Of a stretch of 64,000 nt of DNA, positions 12,902-25,991 are shown piece by piece; within the stretch, counting starts at the first letter, position 1, and every line of letters starts with the position of its first letter. Under the pieces are notes generated by a model. The model was given only the letters and a program-made list of their open reading frames with translations, searched no databases and had not been told where the DNA came from. Origin of the DNA: Vitrella brassicaformis CCMP3155. Lineage: Eukaryota > Protista > Chromerida. Location: positions 1 to 64,000 of the forward strand of contig CDMY01000349.1 in NCBI GenBank assembly GCA_001179505.1, read 5' to 3'. The position numbers and the translations under genes are program-made.

Positions 12902-15900
12902 ATGCGTGCATCAGCGCCCAGCGTAGCCTTCACGGAAGGCGCCAAGGCCCCTCCAGGATCCCTCACCACACGCGAGGCGCCTCCCTCGTCACCCCCCACA
13001 CGGCAATTCAACGCCGATGACATGCAGTTCGTGGGAAGGAGGTAAACCGCCGCTGCGTCCGAGATGCATGGCGTGAACACATGACGCACACGTGACGTGT
13101 CTGCCTGTGTGTGCTGCATCCAGTCACCATGCGGCCATCCGTGAGCTCACCGACCGCATCTCCGAGTCGGTCAACATGCTGTTCAAAGCCCCGGAAAGGC
13201 CCGAGACTTCCCCCCAACGCAAAAAGGGCGACACGCAGCAGCGCGGCAAGACTCCGACCACAGCGGTTCACAAGAGCATCAAGGTCAAGACCAAGGAGCA
13301 GGAGTATATGGAGGGCAAGAAGCCGGGTATGGTGGATGAGCGGAGGGGGGCAGGTGAGGAGGAGAGCGACAAGGAGGACAAGGACAGTGAGGAGGAGGAC
13401 GAAGAGGAGTCCAGCGAGGAGGACTCGGACGACGACCACTTCCTCGACTTCACACCTGACGACATCTTCGACTTCGGTCAGATGGGTGGCTGGAATGGTG
13501 TCTCCCTCCTCTCCTTTCTCATACATGCGATTGGGTGCATGGGATGCTTGCAGATGAGGGTGACTGGCAGGTGGCGAGCTCCAAGCAGACGGTGTCTGGC
13601 CTGCTGGAGTCGCTCAAGACGCAGCAGCGGCAGGAGGTCATGTACGACCTACACAACTGGTTCGCAGGAAAGGCCAAGGGAGTCGACGACGAAATCGTTA
13701 ACCTCGACAAGTACGCACGGGGGCAAAAACAGCCGAGATACGCATCCGGTTTACATGCAACAGGCTGGAGTTTGACCGTCAGCGCAACTCTGACGACCTG
13801 AAGACGGCGCAGATGGCAGTCGAGTCTCAGCTGGACGACAAGGAGATGCACGCCTTCGCCGTGCTCAACAAGTTCTACAAGGCCCTCCACACCCTCGGGC
13901 AGAAGAAGGCCAAGGGCCCCGGCCTCGACAAGCCCATCGGCTTCACCGGCCTGACCATGGATGAGATCAAGGAGGCCGAGCTGGAGGTGGACCTGCAGAG
14001 CCTCAGGCAGCGGCTGCAGCAGAAGGAGGAGGAGATCGTGGACGCGCTGAAGCGCGCTACTGAGATGGAGGGCATCGAGGGAGCGCCGCAGCCACCCTCT
14101 GCGTCAGACATACTGGGGGTGATTGCTGTGCAGCAGGATGAGCTCACCGCACTCAGGTGAGGGAATGAGACAGATAGACACATAAAGGTCCATATGCATG
14201 CCGCTGGCTGCAGCACCCGTGTTGAGATGAACGAGCAGCGTTTGAAGATGCTGCGCAAGGCTGTTGACTACCTCCAGAACCCCAGCGACCATGAGGTGAG
14301 GCGCAACATCCTCACAGACTCTTTGTCTATCTCACCTCTGCTGTGTGTGCGCGTCAGCAAGTGGAGGAGGGCGTCAAGCAGTTGATTGAGGACATCCGTA
14401 GGAAGGTCCGAGACGCCAAGATAGCAGAGCTCCTCTCCAAACGAGACACTACAGCAGACGTACGTCAGTAGCACGACCACATAGACATGACCCACTGCTG
14501 TGGTTGCTTGCAGGAGTCAGAAGCGCCAGACGAGGGAGAGGTGCGTGCGTTAGAAGAGGAGGTGAACGGTCTCAAGAGACAGCTGGGGTCACTCGAGACA
14601 GAGATCAAGGCACTCAAGACACCCGCTGAGAGGGAGGATGAGCTCAAGCAGCGACTCAAGTCACTACAGCAGGGTAAGCAAGAACGAGCACCGAGACACG
14701 ATGCGAGAGGGGCATTGATCCGTGTGTCGCTTCGGACATGCAGGCCGGTTTGACGATGGGACCGAGAAGGGCGAAATGATCGATTTGGGTGAAGACCTGA
14801 CCCTCGAACAAGCTCCTGAACTCAAAATCAAGCTCACAAACGGTACAGTACACGCAGCGCCGAACAGGACATTGAAACATGCTGTTCTTCATTCCGTCCT
14901 CTTTCAGAGCTGACTAAGATCCAGAATGAGAATCTGCGGCTGAAGGGGCAGCTGCGGAACTACGAGGTCAAGAAGTGACCAATCCAGCCCTCCATGTCGA
15001 TGTGTGGCGAGAGAGGGTTGGAGTGGGTTGAGTGAAGTTGTACTGTTTGTATGGTTGTGTTGGTCAGCATTTGTTGTCGACAGCTGAGGCCACACTGCAG
15101 CAGATGGAGGACCAGAAACGAGCATTCCTCGACGCTATCGAACATGTATACATGCATGTGCATGGATCGACAGACATGTACATGTGCGTGTACTTGTTTC
15201 GAATGCGCTCACAGTATTTTCTCGATTCCTCCGCCACACGACCGGCCGTCTCTGTGTGTGTCTTTTTTGATGTGATTGTAGGCGAAGGAGGCAGTGCGTG
15301 ACGAGGCGTCGAAGGAGCGGGCCAAGCAGAAGGCGGCCGCTGAGGCCGCCAGAAGACAAGAACTCCAAAGACAGAGAGAGGAGGTAGGTCAGTCATAGAC
15401 ACAGACCGATAGACAGAGACATCTTCATTGATTCCATGTGCATGCAGGCAGCAGAGGCAGCGTGTAAGAGTGTGTCAGCACATGTACAGTGTGGCAGCAT
15501 GTAAGAGTGTGTCTCCTTTCTGGCAGCCAAGAAGGCTGAGGAGGACCTGGCGGCACAGCTCAAGGACGAGGAGACCACACTCCGCGGGGAGATCAAGCGA
15601 CTCGAGAAGCAACTCGAATCCCAGCAACAACTCGCAGAGAAGCAACAACAGCTGACGCAACAACAGCAGCGAAGTGAGTCATCTGGCAGCTCTAGCGAGG
15701 CGGGAAGGAGTGCGGGCGACGCGGCAGAGGGAGCGGGAGGTCAGCTGGAAGATGAGGGGGCCGACGACGAGGGATCTGAGGGCGAGGGCGGCGTTGAGTC
15801 AGAAGATGAGGAGCTCAAGAAACTGAAGGAGGTGAGGTAGAGAGTGGGCAAGAGGTGGTAACGTCATCGCTTCAATGTGTGTGGCATACATGTGTGCGCA

Positions 15901-17294
15901 GGAGAACGCTGAGTTGTTGCAGCTGATTGACGAGCTCGAGAGACGCCTGCAGGATGCGGACGAGTAAGTTAACAACGATGAACGGCCCTGACTTACGCAA
16001 TGTGGCTCTCTTCACTGATTCGATGCAGTCGCAAAGCGGCCGCTGCACCACTTGCCCTACCAACCGTAGGGGTAAAAGAGACCCCCTGCTGTTTGGCTCT
16101 TTCCCATTCTATTCAAATCTGTCTGCAGGTCGGTGGCGGTCTGTCTGCGCCATCCTCATCGGCCGCTCCTTCTTCCGCGCCATCGCCCCCTCCTGCGCCA
16201 GCAGCAGAGACAGCTCAGCCCGCCCTGCCCAGTGCACCCAGCAAGGCAAGCTCCTCATCACACGGCAAAGGCGCACCAAAGCCACCATCTAGCAGCAGCA
16301 GCAGCAGCTCTCGCGGTGTCGGTGGTGGCGTGTCCTCAGCCGCTAGTGCACAGGGCGATGAAGCCGAGGGGGAGATGGGGGAAGAGGGAGAGGAGGTGGC
16401 TGGCGAGGAGGAGAGGGAGGGCTCGTCGGCCCGTGGGTCCGTCAAGTCGTCTGCGTCGAGTGCCAGGGGCAGCGACAAACAGTCGATCAAAGGCTCTGGC
16501 AGCAGGTAGAGGCTAAGCACAACAACAGAGCAAACAGCCCCGGACTGTCTGCTTTGTGTGTCAGTGGGGCTGCATCGGTGCGCAAGGAGGCCTCCAGCTC
16601 CGCCCACAGCCAGGAGAGGCCGGCCGCTGCACAACCACCGCCGCCACCAGCTCCAGTAGCACCGCAGAAGGGCCCACCGGCAGCACCACAAGTGCCCGAC
16701 CAAGCCACCGTCCAGTCACAGGAGCAGAAGAAGCAGGAAGAACGGAGACATCATGTAAAGACGTGTGTATTGTCCGGTGCTGTCAATGAATGTATTCATT
16801 GTGAGTATGGTGCTGTGCCGTGCGGTGTGGTTAGGAGATGGAGGAGCTGCTCAAGGTGCAGCAGGAAAACCTGGAGCTCGCCAGACAGATAGAACTGATA
16901 GAGAAGAAAATCAAGGCCGTCAAGGTAAGGCTAATCCAGTAAAGACCGCAACCCCGACACACAGTCCGTCCTTTGCTTCCTTAATGCGTAGGCGAGTAAG
17001 GGCCCGGTAGACATCGCCATGCTCCAAGAAGGCACAGAGACAGGCGAACAGGTCAGCCACAAACACGGATACACGCACACACACGCGTGTCTCCACATGT
17101 ACATGTGAGTGCAGGAAGTACCTAAGCAGAATTTGGAGTTGCGCAAGGAGGTGAAGAAGAAGCAGTGGGAGCTCAACCTGCTGAGAAAGAAGTGGTGGGT
17201 GGAGAGGCAGGCGGCTGAGCAGACCGCCAAGGCCATGCGGGAGGCGACAGACTTTGGCGTGGAAAAGAGAGCAAACGACGAACAACTGGCGTGA
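12902..17294 (+). CDS. Large multi-exon coiled-coil protein of unknown function with acidic and Pro/Ser-rich segments
   Basis: Contiguous spliceable exons with heptad E/K/Q/L-rich sequence (LQSLRQRLQQKEEEIVDALKR; LEEEVNGLKRQLGSLETEIKALK; LRKEVKKKQWELNLLRKK) and an acidic tract EEESDKEDKDSEEEDEEE. Start codon uncertain. Confidence 0.7.
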
Positions 17295-18242
17295 AGGACA
17301 GCGGGCGATAGCCCATAGCTACGGATGGAGGGAGGCGGTATTTTTTCTCTACACATACATGGCATGCACCTCTTTGTGTGAGCGAGCGATGGACTTTTTG
17401 GACCGGATGCGGCGCAGTCCAAAACACGCTATACACATGTCTGTGCGCGCAGAATTGGCCACGCATCTCACCACGTGTGCTTGCATTATGTGTGTGGTAT
17501 GGCTTTGGGACTGACTGCATCAATGGATTCAACGAGGTGCCATTAATGGCGGGTCTCTGCACAGGCAGACGGCTGCACACACCATTCATCCATCCATTAC
17601 ACACGGACACACACACACACACACAACAGAGACAAATAAAGTGTGCCATAATGAGGTGTGCCGGCAGAGGGAGAGACATGAAGAAGAAGACAGCGATGCG
17701 ATGGTGGAGGAGGAGGAGGAGATGACGGTGGGAGGCTTAAGTGGGAGGAGTATAGCTGACTGTAGCGTTTTAAGCACCGTGCTGCCATGCCATCCATGCA
17801 CGAGACGCTCTCACGTCGCTTTGCGTCCGTCAGAGATTCATGGTTGCAACCTCCATGAATGAGTTCATGGTGCCGTGCCTTCCGTTTGTGTTGAATAGGT
17901 TGACTTGACATTCATTCACATGAACCGCGCAATCTTCGCATAGACATCCCTATCCTGCACGCCGACATCCATCCCATAGGTATCCATTTTCCTAGCTAGC
18001 TATACATCCATCCATCCATACAGCATGCCATGCATCCCTCTACTATCCTTCACATTACACTAACCGCCATCTCTCCTCGTTGGCTTCATTACCAGACCAG
18101 CCCGCCAGCCAGCCAGCCAGCAGTGCCATAGCAGGTGTGAGAACGTTGTGTGTCGGTGGTCGACTGGCTGGCAAAAATGAACGTTGCTCGGCTCGGCTCG
18201 CCTCGCCGCATCTTGCCGGCTGCACAGGCGTCCGTCCGTCCC

Positions 18243-20734
18243 TCACACGGCTTTCTTGGTCGCAGTGATCATGCCGTACTGCATCAGACCCTCCTTGAAG
18301 GCCTGCATGGAACACACATACACGCGCAAGCAACAGCCATGAACGTAATCAATCATACACGCGTGTGCTGCAGCAGGCAGGCTGTTACGTTACCTGATGC
18401 ATTCTGTTGAGGCACCAGGCGTCACGCACGCACTTCCAATAGAACCTGGCCAGCCAGATTCACACGCAGAGAGAGACATACGTTTGGTTGACGTGTGCAG
18501 GTGTAGGTGGTTGGTGGTGCTTGTACAGACTTCGGTTTGGTGAGCCATGGGAGAGGGTCTTTGATGCCCAGCCAGATCTGGTGTCGCCAGCTGGGGAGCG
18601 TCTGCTGGGCCCAGTCGGCCGTCTCGATGTTCTCCATCACACCTGACACACAAGCAATCGATCAACATACTGGTGGGAAGGCGTGGTGGGTTTGGTGGGT
18701 GTGTGGCTACTTACCTGTGTCTTGCAGCATCTCGACAAACTGGGGCACTGATGTGAAGAAGGGATGGCTCCACTCTGCAGTGCATTGCACCCCACTCACA
18801 CACGCAATGGATGGATGCGTTCACCACGCATGCACACATCCACATACACACCGACCGGAGTATAAGTAGTCGAGTCTTCTCCGTTCCCGCTTGGTGAACG
18901 GCTTGTCGGTGTCGTCACGTTGGCTCCATACAGCCACCACCTACACATACGTACACACATAGATAGATGTACCACACACACACCAGCCATAGTTGTCTGT
19001 CGACATTGCCGGCTGGCTGCTGTGGTCACCGACCAGTCTGCCGCCTGGCTTGAGCACACGCGTCATCTCCTGGATCGCCCTGTGCACACACAGACAGACA
19101 GACACAGACAGACAGACAGAAGTGCCCCTCTGTATGTGTGAGTGTGTGTCGAGTAGAGTTGGTTCACTTTTGTTTGTCGGGCATGTGCTCTGTCGACTCG
19201 CAAACCCACACAAAGTCGAAGGTGTTGTCGGGGACAGTCATCTTCATGCCATCCATCACCTACAAACACAGACACACAGACAGACAGACACCCGGCAAGC
19301 CGCGTGTAAGCGAAGGCTTGTCCGCCTTCCCTCCCGACACACTCACCATGAATTTGCAGCTGTCAGACACGCCCTGCTCTGTGGCCAACTCATTCGCACG
19401 GGCGATCTGCTCACACACATACACACACATGCAGGACGATCCCACCCCACACAGCCTTCTGTGTGCTGTCTGCTTACTTGGTTGGGCGAGATGGCGATGC
19501 CGAGTATTCTTGATTGTGGTCCGAATGCCTTAGCGAGAATCCGTGCAGTGCCGCCGATGCCGCAGCCGAGGTCCAATGTGTCCTTCGGAGGGTTGAAGAC
19601 GTCAACCTTGGCGAACTCCAACATCTTGAGGACGAAATCGTCCTTGGCCTGGGTCAAAGACAATCCGATACATGGGCGCCCCCACGTCACGTGTGAGGGT
19701 GCATAGCATGTGTGGGTGGCGTGTTTGCCTGTTTGAAGTCTTTTCGCCATGAGCCCTTCCGCCTGTCTTCATCATCATAGTACCTGAGAGGCAAGGCAAG
19801 CAGAGCAGCCGGCATCATTGCAATTCAGCGGCAGGGTGGGTGAATGTGTACGTGACGTGGTTTGACCTCACCCACCCGAGGTGGACGTGTTCGCCCCAGT
19901 AGTGTTCGAGTATGCCTTCCTCTGTCCACGCATCGTACTCGCGAGCCACAGACCCTTCCGCCCTCTGATTTACAGCAGACAGACACACATCGGCGTCTTC
20001 GTCGTGGATGGATGCGTCGGGGACCGTGCATTCTCACGTCGTATGGTCTGCTTGGCGTGTCCAGGACCTTCTTGACAGCCACACCAGCAGCCAGCGCCGC
20101 CACACCAGCGGCAACTGAACCCACCACAGCACAGCACACATGTGACCCTCAAGATTGATTCATTCATCGGGTGGTGCTGCACTGCCTCACTGCCTGCCTC
20201 ACCGCCCATCCCAGCAGGTGTCTTTGAGAAAGTGGCTGCCTTCTCGGCCACCTTGACGGCCACCTTACTCGCATCGCCAGCCACCTTGCTCGCACTCTCA
20301 GCGACCTTGGTGGCGGTCTCGGCCACCTTGGACAAAGTGGATGCCTTCTCGGCCACCTTCACGACCTCGGTACCCGCACTCGCACTCTCGGCCACCTTTG
20401 TCGCGGTCTCAGCCACCTTCGCGGCACTCACCATGCGCAACTGGCGTGCATTTGGCCGGCGTCGTATTGATGGTGGTGCTGTATCAAGGCCATTACGTAA
20501 TCTTGGTGGCTGCAAACACGGCACGACATTCAAGATCCATCGATCATAGAGGACTTGCAGGCGTCTGTGTGTCTGTGTGTCTGTGCATCTGCATACCTGT
20601 GCAGAGGAGGCGATGAAGAGAGGGGAGTGTCGTGTAGATCTGTGCAGAGAGGAGGACGCGCTGACGGTCCTCCATGCTGCTAGAAGGGAGAGCGCTGCAG
20701 CCCAGCCAAGGCTTCCCATTGTCGGTCTCCTCAT
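18243..20734 (-). CDS. SAM-dependent MPBQ/MSBQ (cyanobacterial-type plastoquinone/tocopherol pathway) methyltransferase, gamma-TMT superfamily, plastid-targeted
   Basis: Signal peptide MGSLGWAAALSLLAAWRTVSA. Motifs KKVLDTPSRPY, an EYWGEH-type exon, TLDLGCGIGGTARILAK (SAM motif I), MKMTVPDNTFDFV, EMTRVLKPGGRL, EWSHPFFTSVPQFVEML, ETADWAQQTLPSWRHQIW and AFKEGLMQYGMITA. Confidence 0.85.
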
Positions 20735-20814
20735 GAGTTTATATCGTCGAGGTTTAGGGTTTGTAGGGTGTAGGGTTTTGTTTGGCTCGCAAACGGGAAG
20801 GACACAACCCAGAG
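20735..20814. promoter_or_regulatory. Very short bidirectional promoter region containing degenerate TTTAGGG (telo-box-like) repeats
   Basis: Only 80 bp between divergent ATGs (20734 - and 20815 +). Contains ggtttagggtttgtagggtgtagggttt at 20751-20778. Confidence 0.55.
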
Positions 20815-22520
20815 ATGAAGAGAGAATGGGAGAAAGCTGAGCTCGAACAGGTCAGTTTCTGTCGCGCCACAATGAATTTGCAATGCACAGCCGATGGACA
20901 GTGACGGACAGACTGAGTGTCACGGTGGTTGCTGCGCCTGTGTGTTCGTCAGGTCACGGGCAAGCTGCAAGAGGCCGCGCATTTCTTCTCCCGCTTTGCC
21001 GCGGCAGAGAAGGGCCTCGAGGACTATCTCAGGAAGGCTGACACGCCCCAACTGTCGGAGGTGGCCCGGACCATTGAAGGGGCGGCCGAGGGACTTTCCA
21101 GAGGAGTGCAGGGGCTCAAAAGGACCTGCGAGGAGCTTCATGACACAAACGCTTCACTGGAGAGGCAGAACGAGTCACTGCTCAAGAAGACTGAAGAGCA
21201 GGAGAGTGAGAATGCAGCCCTGAGGGAGAGGCTGGCCTCCTATGTCGGGGTGGAGCGCTCTCTGCCCCCAGACACCTCTCTGGAGTCGTATCTCGTGCTC
21301 AAGAGGGAGCAGAAGTGGGCAATGAAGGAGATGGCCGACATGGAAGAGGCTCTTCAGCTGGTGACCAAGCAAAGGGACGCGTTGATCGAGGAGACCGAGA
21401 AGCATCGCGAAGGGGCCGAGAGGAGTCACGAGGCCCTCGAGGAGTCGCTGAGCGTTGCGTGGCAGCATCTCGAGGCGCGCAAGGGCCTGGTGGCCAAGAT
21501 AAAGGAGGCTGACGAGAGGGAGCAGGCGCTCAAGTCGCTGCTGGACAAGGAGAGGCAGCAGGTGCGTGGGTTAGAGGAGGAGTGCGACAGGATGCGGAGG
21601 CGGATGCGGGCTATGCGAGCGTCGCAGAGGCGGCAGGCTGAGGACTTCAACGTTCAGCATCGGGCGCTGCAGGAGCAGGTCCGGCTCGTTGGCCTAGAGC
21701 CGGTGATGCCCAGGTAGGTACACAGATAGATACACAGATGGTTGGCGTGCATGGCCCTGATTGTGTGTCTTCATGTGGACGTCTGTGGTCTATCTGCAGA
21801 GGGCTGATGCGGTTCGTAACAAAGCATCCGCATCGCCAAGAGGCGGAGCCTCCGCCCTCTGACGAGGCGGCTGACCGACCTACTGTCGATGAGACAGCCG
21901 ATCAGCCTGTCACCGTCAGCAAGGACGAAGCGCCGAGAATGACAGAGCATCCCTCCCTCACCTCACTGGCCCACCGTCAAGCGCCTGTCTCTCAGCCGCC
22001 GTGCGTTGACAGAGATGAAGACTCTGAGAAGCATCCTCCTCCGGCCCCTCCTCTGGACAGGCGCTTTGGTGGCTACGGAGACGTGGAGCCCGTGTCGCCC
22101 CCATCAAAGCATCAGCCAAAAGTGCGGAAAGTCCGGCGGAAGCGAGCCAGACAACAGCCAGTGGTGGCTCAAAAGCGGACCTTCTCATCGACCAGCAGTG
22201 GCCAGCTGGTGCCTCCCCTCCCGTCGAGCCACCCCGCCGTTGGCCGTGTGTCTGATCAGCGTAAGCCCACGGACATGTCTTCTTCCAGCGGGCTGAGTGG
22301 TGTGGGTCAGCAGCTCCTGCAGGAGAGGATTGCCGTGCTGAAGGCGCTGGACCAAGTGAGGGCTGGGGAGAAAGAGGGGAGTGTGGACAATGGTCATCAT
22401 CAACGGCGAGTGACACGGCTGAATGCAACGAGCAGCCTGGCGTATGATAATCGGGGGAGGGCTGTGGGCAAGACAAGTGGGATGGGGAAGCGGGTGTCGA
22501 GTGTTCGTCTGATGCCATGA
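20815..22520 (+). CDS. Coiled-coil protein of unknown function with disordered C-terminus
   Basis: Exon 1 MKREWEKAELEQ splices in frame to a long heptad-rich exon (LKRTCEELHDTNASLERQNESLLKKTEEQE). Last exon is Pro/Ser-rich with stop at 22518-22520. Confidence 0.7.
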
Positions 22521-22927
22521 TGACACTGACCGAGAGTCTGCCAATGCATTCATCGATGGACTGACTGATGGGTGGGTGGGTGCGTAGCAGAGGTCGTTGA
22601 GTGTTGTTCGATATACGCCTTGCCTTGGACGATCGTCGTAATCGATTCACCAGTGAGTTCTCTCTTTCCCCCTTACACACACACGCTCCTCTCAAGCAAT
22701 GGGTGGCCTGGCCAGCCCACACACCAGGCAGACAGACAGACAGGCTTGCGATAGAAAACCATTCAGCACCCACGCAACCGCGTTTGATTCGATTCCTCGA
22801 TCGACAACTCCATCAGCAGACCACCACCCCACCCCACACTGATACTGATACATCCATCCATCCACGCACATTACATTCATGTCTCTCTGTCTTTGTCTCC
22901 TCCGCCCTCCGTCAGTGAATGAATGAG

Positions 22928-25756
22928 TCATCCCATGGCGGGCTGCGGCGTCGGCTCCCTCGGCTGCTTCGGCTGCCACATATACATCGGCGGCCGCCCC
23001 GGTGTGCGAGGGGGCGGATGGCACGCAGGGTACCCTGGGAATGCTGCCGGCAGATACACAGGCGCAGGGCCACCCACATGCGGTCGAATCGGCACCATAC
23101 CCCCGAATATGTTCACACCAACAGCACCAGCACCGGGAGGGGGCGGGGGCGGGAAGGGATACATGGCGGCGGCGGGCTGGGCCGCGGGCGGACGCACCGC
23201 AGCGGCGACGGGCAGCAGGTTGGCCTGGCTGTGCGCCTTTTGCATGAATGGCGGCAGCGGTGCGCATGGGAGGGGGATCTGCACGGGGAACGGGTTGATG
23301 TGTCGGGGCAGGAGGGAGCGGAGGACGGAGCACGTCATGGGGAAGTAGAAGGACAGCCGGGTCACCGGAGAGGCCGGGAAGGGGGGCTCGGGCACGGAAG
23401 ACCCCGACGATGTCTCGTTCAGCCTGAAATGCAGTGCATCCATACACACGTACAGAGAGAGACACCATCGATGGTGTGTGTGTGTGTGTGTGTGTGAGGG
23501 AGGGAGGAAGGGAGGTGTGAATGCTTGCTGACATGATTGCCTGATCGACGAGCCTGTATCCCTCCTGATAGGCAGCCTCCACCTGTGTCATCGACGGCCT
23601 CTTGCTCGGCAAATGCTGGGTGGTGTCGTGCATCAACCGCACAAAGTGACACAGCACCGCGTCCAACCCCCGCACGTCCGCCCGCTGCATCAGCGGCATG
23701 ATCGACCAGCCCTTCCCCTTGCCGCCCTTCTTGGCCTTCTTCTCGTCCCCCTCGAGCACCTCAGGGGTGAACTCCTCCCTCGTCTCCATCTGCGACAGAG
23801 AGGGGTGGTACGCCCCTGTGTGGTGGGGGTCGGTGGGTGGGAGGGAGAGGTCGAGGAGCACGGCGAGGGCGGTGCGTTTGTCCTTGTACTCGGGGTTGCC
23901 CCAGCTAAGCAGCCGATTGAATTCGTCCTGGGCCCGAAGGAGCCGGTGTTTGGACGAGAGGGCCTCCTTCTGGGGGCCCTCCGACATGGCGTCCACCTCC
24001 TCGTACCGCTCGCGCCACTCGGGCTCGTCCTTGAGCACGCCATCAAACCCCTTACCACCTGCAGTGCAGACACACAGAAAGGTATGAGGCACAAGTGTGT
24101 ATTGTGCGCATTGGCGTTGACGGACATATATACCGGTGAGGATGAGTGAGAGCTTGACGCTCTCGACCCAGACGAGGGTCTTCTCTGAGTAGAGGATGGA
24201 GACCTGCTGGTTGGAGTCCTTGTGCACCGCCTCCCGCCTCAGGGCCTGCAGATATCCGCCATGCCTCTTCTCTATCGACTGCAGGCGCTCCACCAGCGGC
24301 TCCTGCTCGATCCGCGATATCTCCCGCTTCAGCTCGCGGATCTCCCTGCTGACGTTGCCCAGCACCTCCCGGTCCTGCTCGCCACGCACGTCCGTCTTCA
24401 TCTGCTCCTTCGTCTCCTTGAGCGACTCCAGGCGCTTGCGAAGCTCATTCGTCTGCCGCTCGATGGCCTTCTGCTCGTCGGATGTGAGATCGTATCCGTA
24501 GTGCTGTTTGAGGATGGAAGGGGAGCGCCTCATGTTCTCAAGCGTTGCCAGGGCTTTCTCGGGCGCCGTCTGGGGGGACACAGAAATCACAGGCAGGGGC
24601 GACAAAAGGGAATGTGGCTCTGGCTCATTGGAGTACTTACTTTGTATGGCGTCATTGCGGGGAACTGTCCAACGGCACTCTGCTGCGCGAGGTACGGCGA
24701 GACGTAGATGTGCACCTGGGGCACCCCCGCCACCCCATGGACGTCGTTCCACATGTCCATACTGTTGCCCCAGTCGAGTATGCGGATGCGACACTTGCGC
24801 ACAGGCACCAGGCCGTCCCTCTCCCTCTTGGTGTCGGCCGCATTGCCGTCGGTGCTGCTGTCATGCTCGAAGACGCAGATGACGTCGGCGAATGTGCTGT
24901 CGATGCAGAGGAGGCCGATGGCGGCGAGTTTGCGGTGGAGGTAGAGGGTTGTGTGTGTGACGTGCAGCATCTGCTTGAGGGTCGACAGCAGAGAGAGGGG
25001 CGGCAGCGTGTGCAGCATCGTCGACGCCATTCGCAAATACGACTGCAGCTTCTCACCTGAAGCAGAGAAGCCGAGACACGTATGCATTTCCTTCCCCCAG
25101 ACAGATGAGATGAACAAAACAATCTCCCCCGCCCCCCTTCACACACCCACCCACACAGACAGACAGACCTTCGATGTATTCCATGGCTATGCAGTAGACG
25201 AGCTGGTCGTTCTCATTGGGTCTTTCCCATCTCCCCTCGCCAAAGAAGAGCACCTCAGGGGCCGGGCATGGCTCGTTAGGGTATGCATGTCGCCACCGCA
25301 ACACCACGTCGCAGAGCCTCTTGGCCTCGACCTTTGACATCTGTAGCTTCATGGCGCTCTCGTGCATGGCCACGACCTTGACTGCGATCAACCTGTACAC
25401 CCACGGCGGGGGAAGACCGGGCACCGCCGCACCCTCCTTCATGTGCAGCTGTGCCTGCGGCACAGCACCGGGCTTCTCCTTGGCCTTCTTGGCACAGATG
25501 GTGGGGAGCAGCGCCTCGAAGGTCCGGCCGTGAGCCCCGGTGCCCAGCAACCCGCCCAACACGAGCTGATTGAAGCAAAGCATACAGAAAAGCAGAGCAG
25601 CCTCTTACATGGACGGGGTCGCCTGAGCCAACAAAAACACCTATGTGTTACCTCTGCTGGCATGTCTGGGAGCTTCTGCGTGGACCAGGGCGGCGTGCCT
25701 CGCGTGTGGAAGGTGATCTTGCCGTTGACATGATCGGTGCTCGTGGGCGGAGTCAT
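22928..25756 (-). CDS. Atypical protein kinase/pseudokinase with a coiled-coil insertion and Pro-rich tail
   Basis: Subdomain-like motifs: GLLGTGAHG (I), IAVKV (II), IAMEYIEG (V), GLLCIDSTFADVI (degenerate HRD loop), IRILDWG (DFG-like), TAPEK (APE), YSEKTLVWVESVKLSLILTG (IX-like), FNRLLSWGNPEYKDKRTAL (XI-like). Confidence 0.75.
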
Positions 25757-25991
25757 CGAGGGAGAGGATGGGGAGGGATGGAGAGGGAACGGGGCTGAAG
25801 GGAGAGGAAGGAAAACGGCGGGGACGCAAGCTTAGCTAGCAGTCTCCTGGCGAAAGACGCTACGTTCGCACGTCTTGGTTGCTCGTCGTAGTGAGTGAAC
25901 GAAGCAAGGACATCGGCCCCCAGATCGTCCGTCTCCTTATGCGAGCTCACGCGCAGGCAGCCTGAGGAAGCCAATTGGAGGAAAGCACAAA

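Noticed and set aside
17640-17740. Purine-rich exon-like stretch (HEEEDSDAMVEEEEEM) after the coiled-coil gene
   Set aside because: No supporting splice structure or extended ORF. Likely low-complexity 3' UTR.
334-20778. Telomere or interstitial telomeric array
   Set aside because: Only about three degenerate units at each site, too short for a telomeric remnant. Kept only as candidate promoter motifs.
22692-24794. 700-aa ORF as a single protein
   Set aside because: It reads through introns and changes to a non-coding frame. Only part belongs to the spliced kinase gene.
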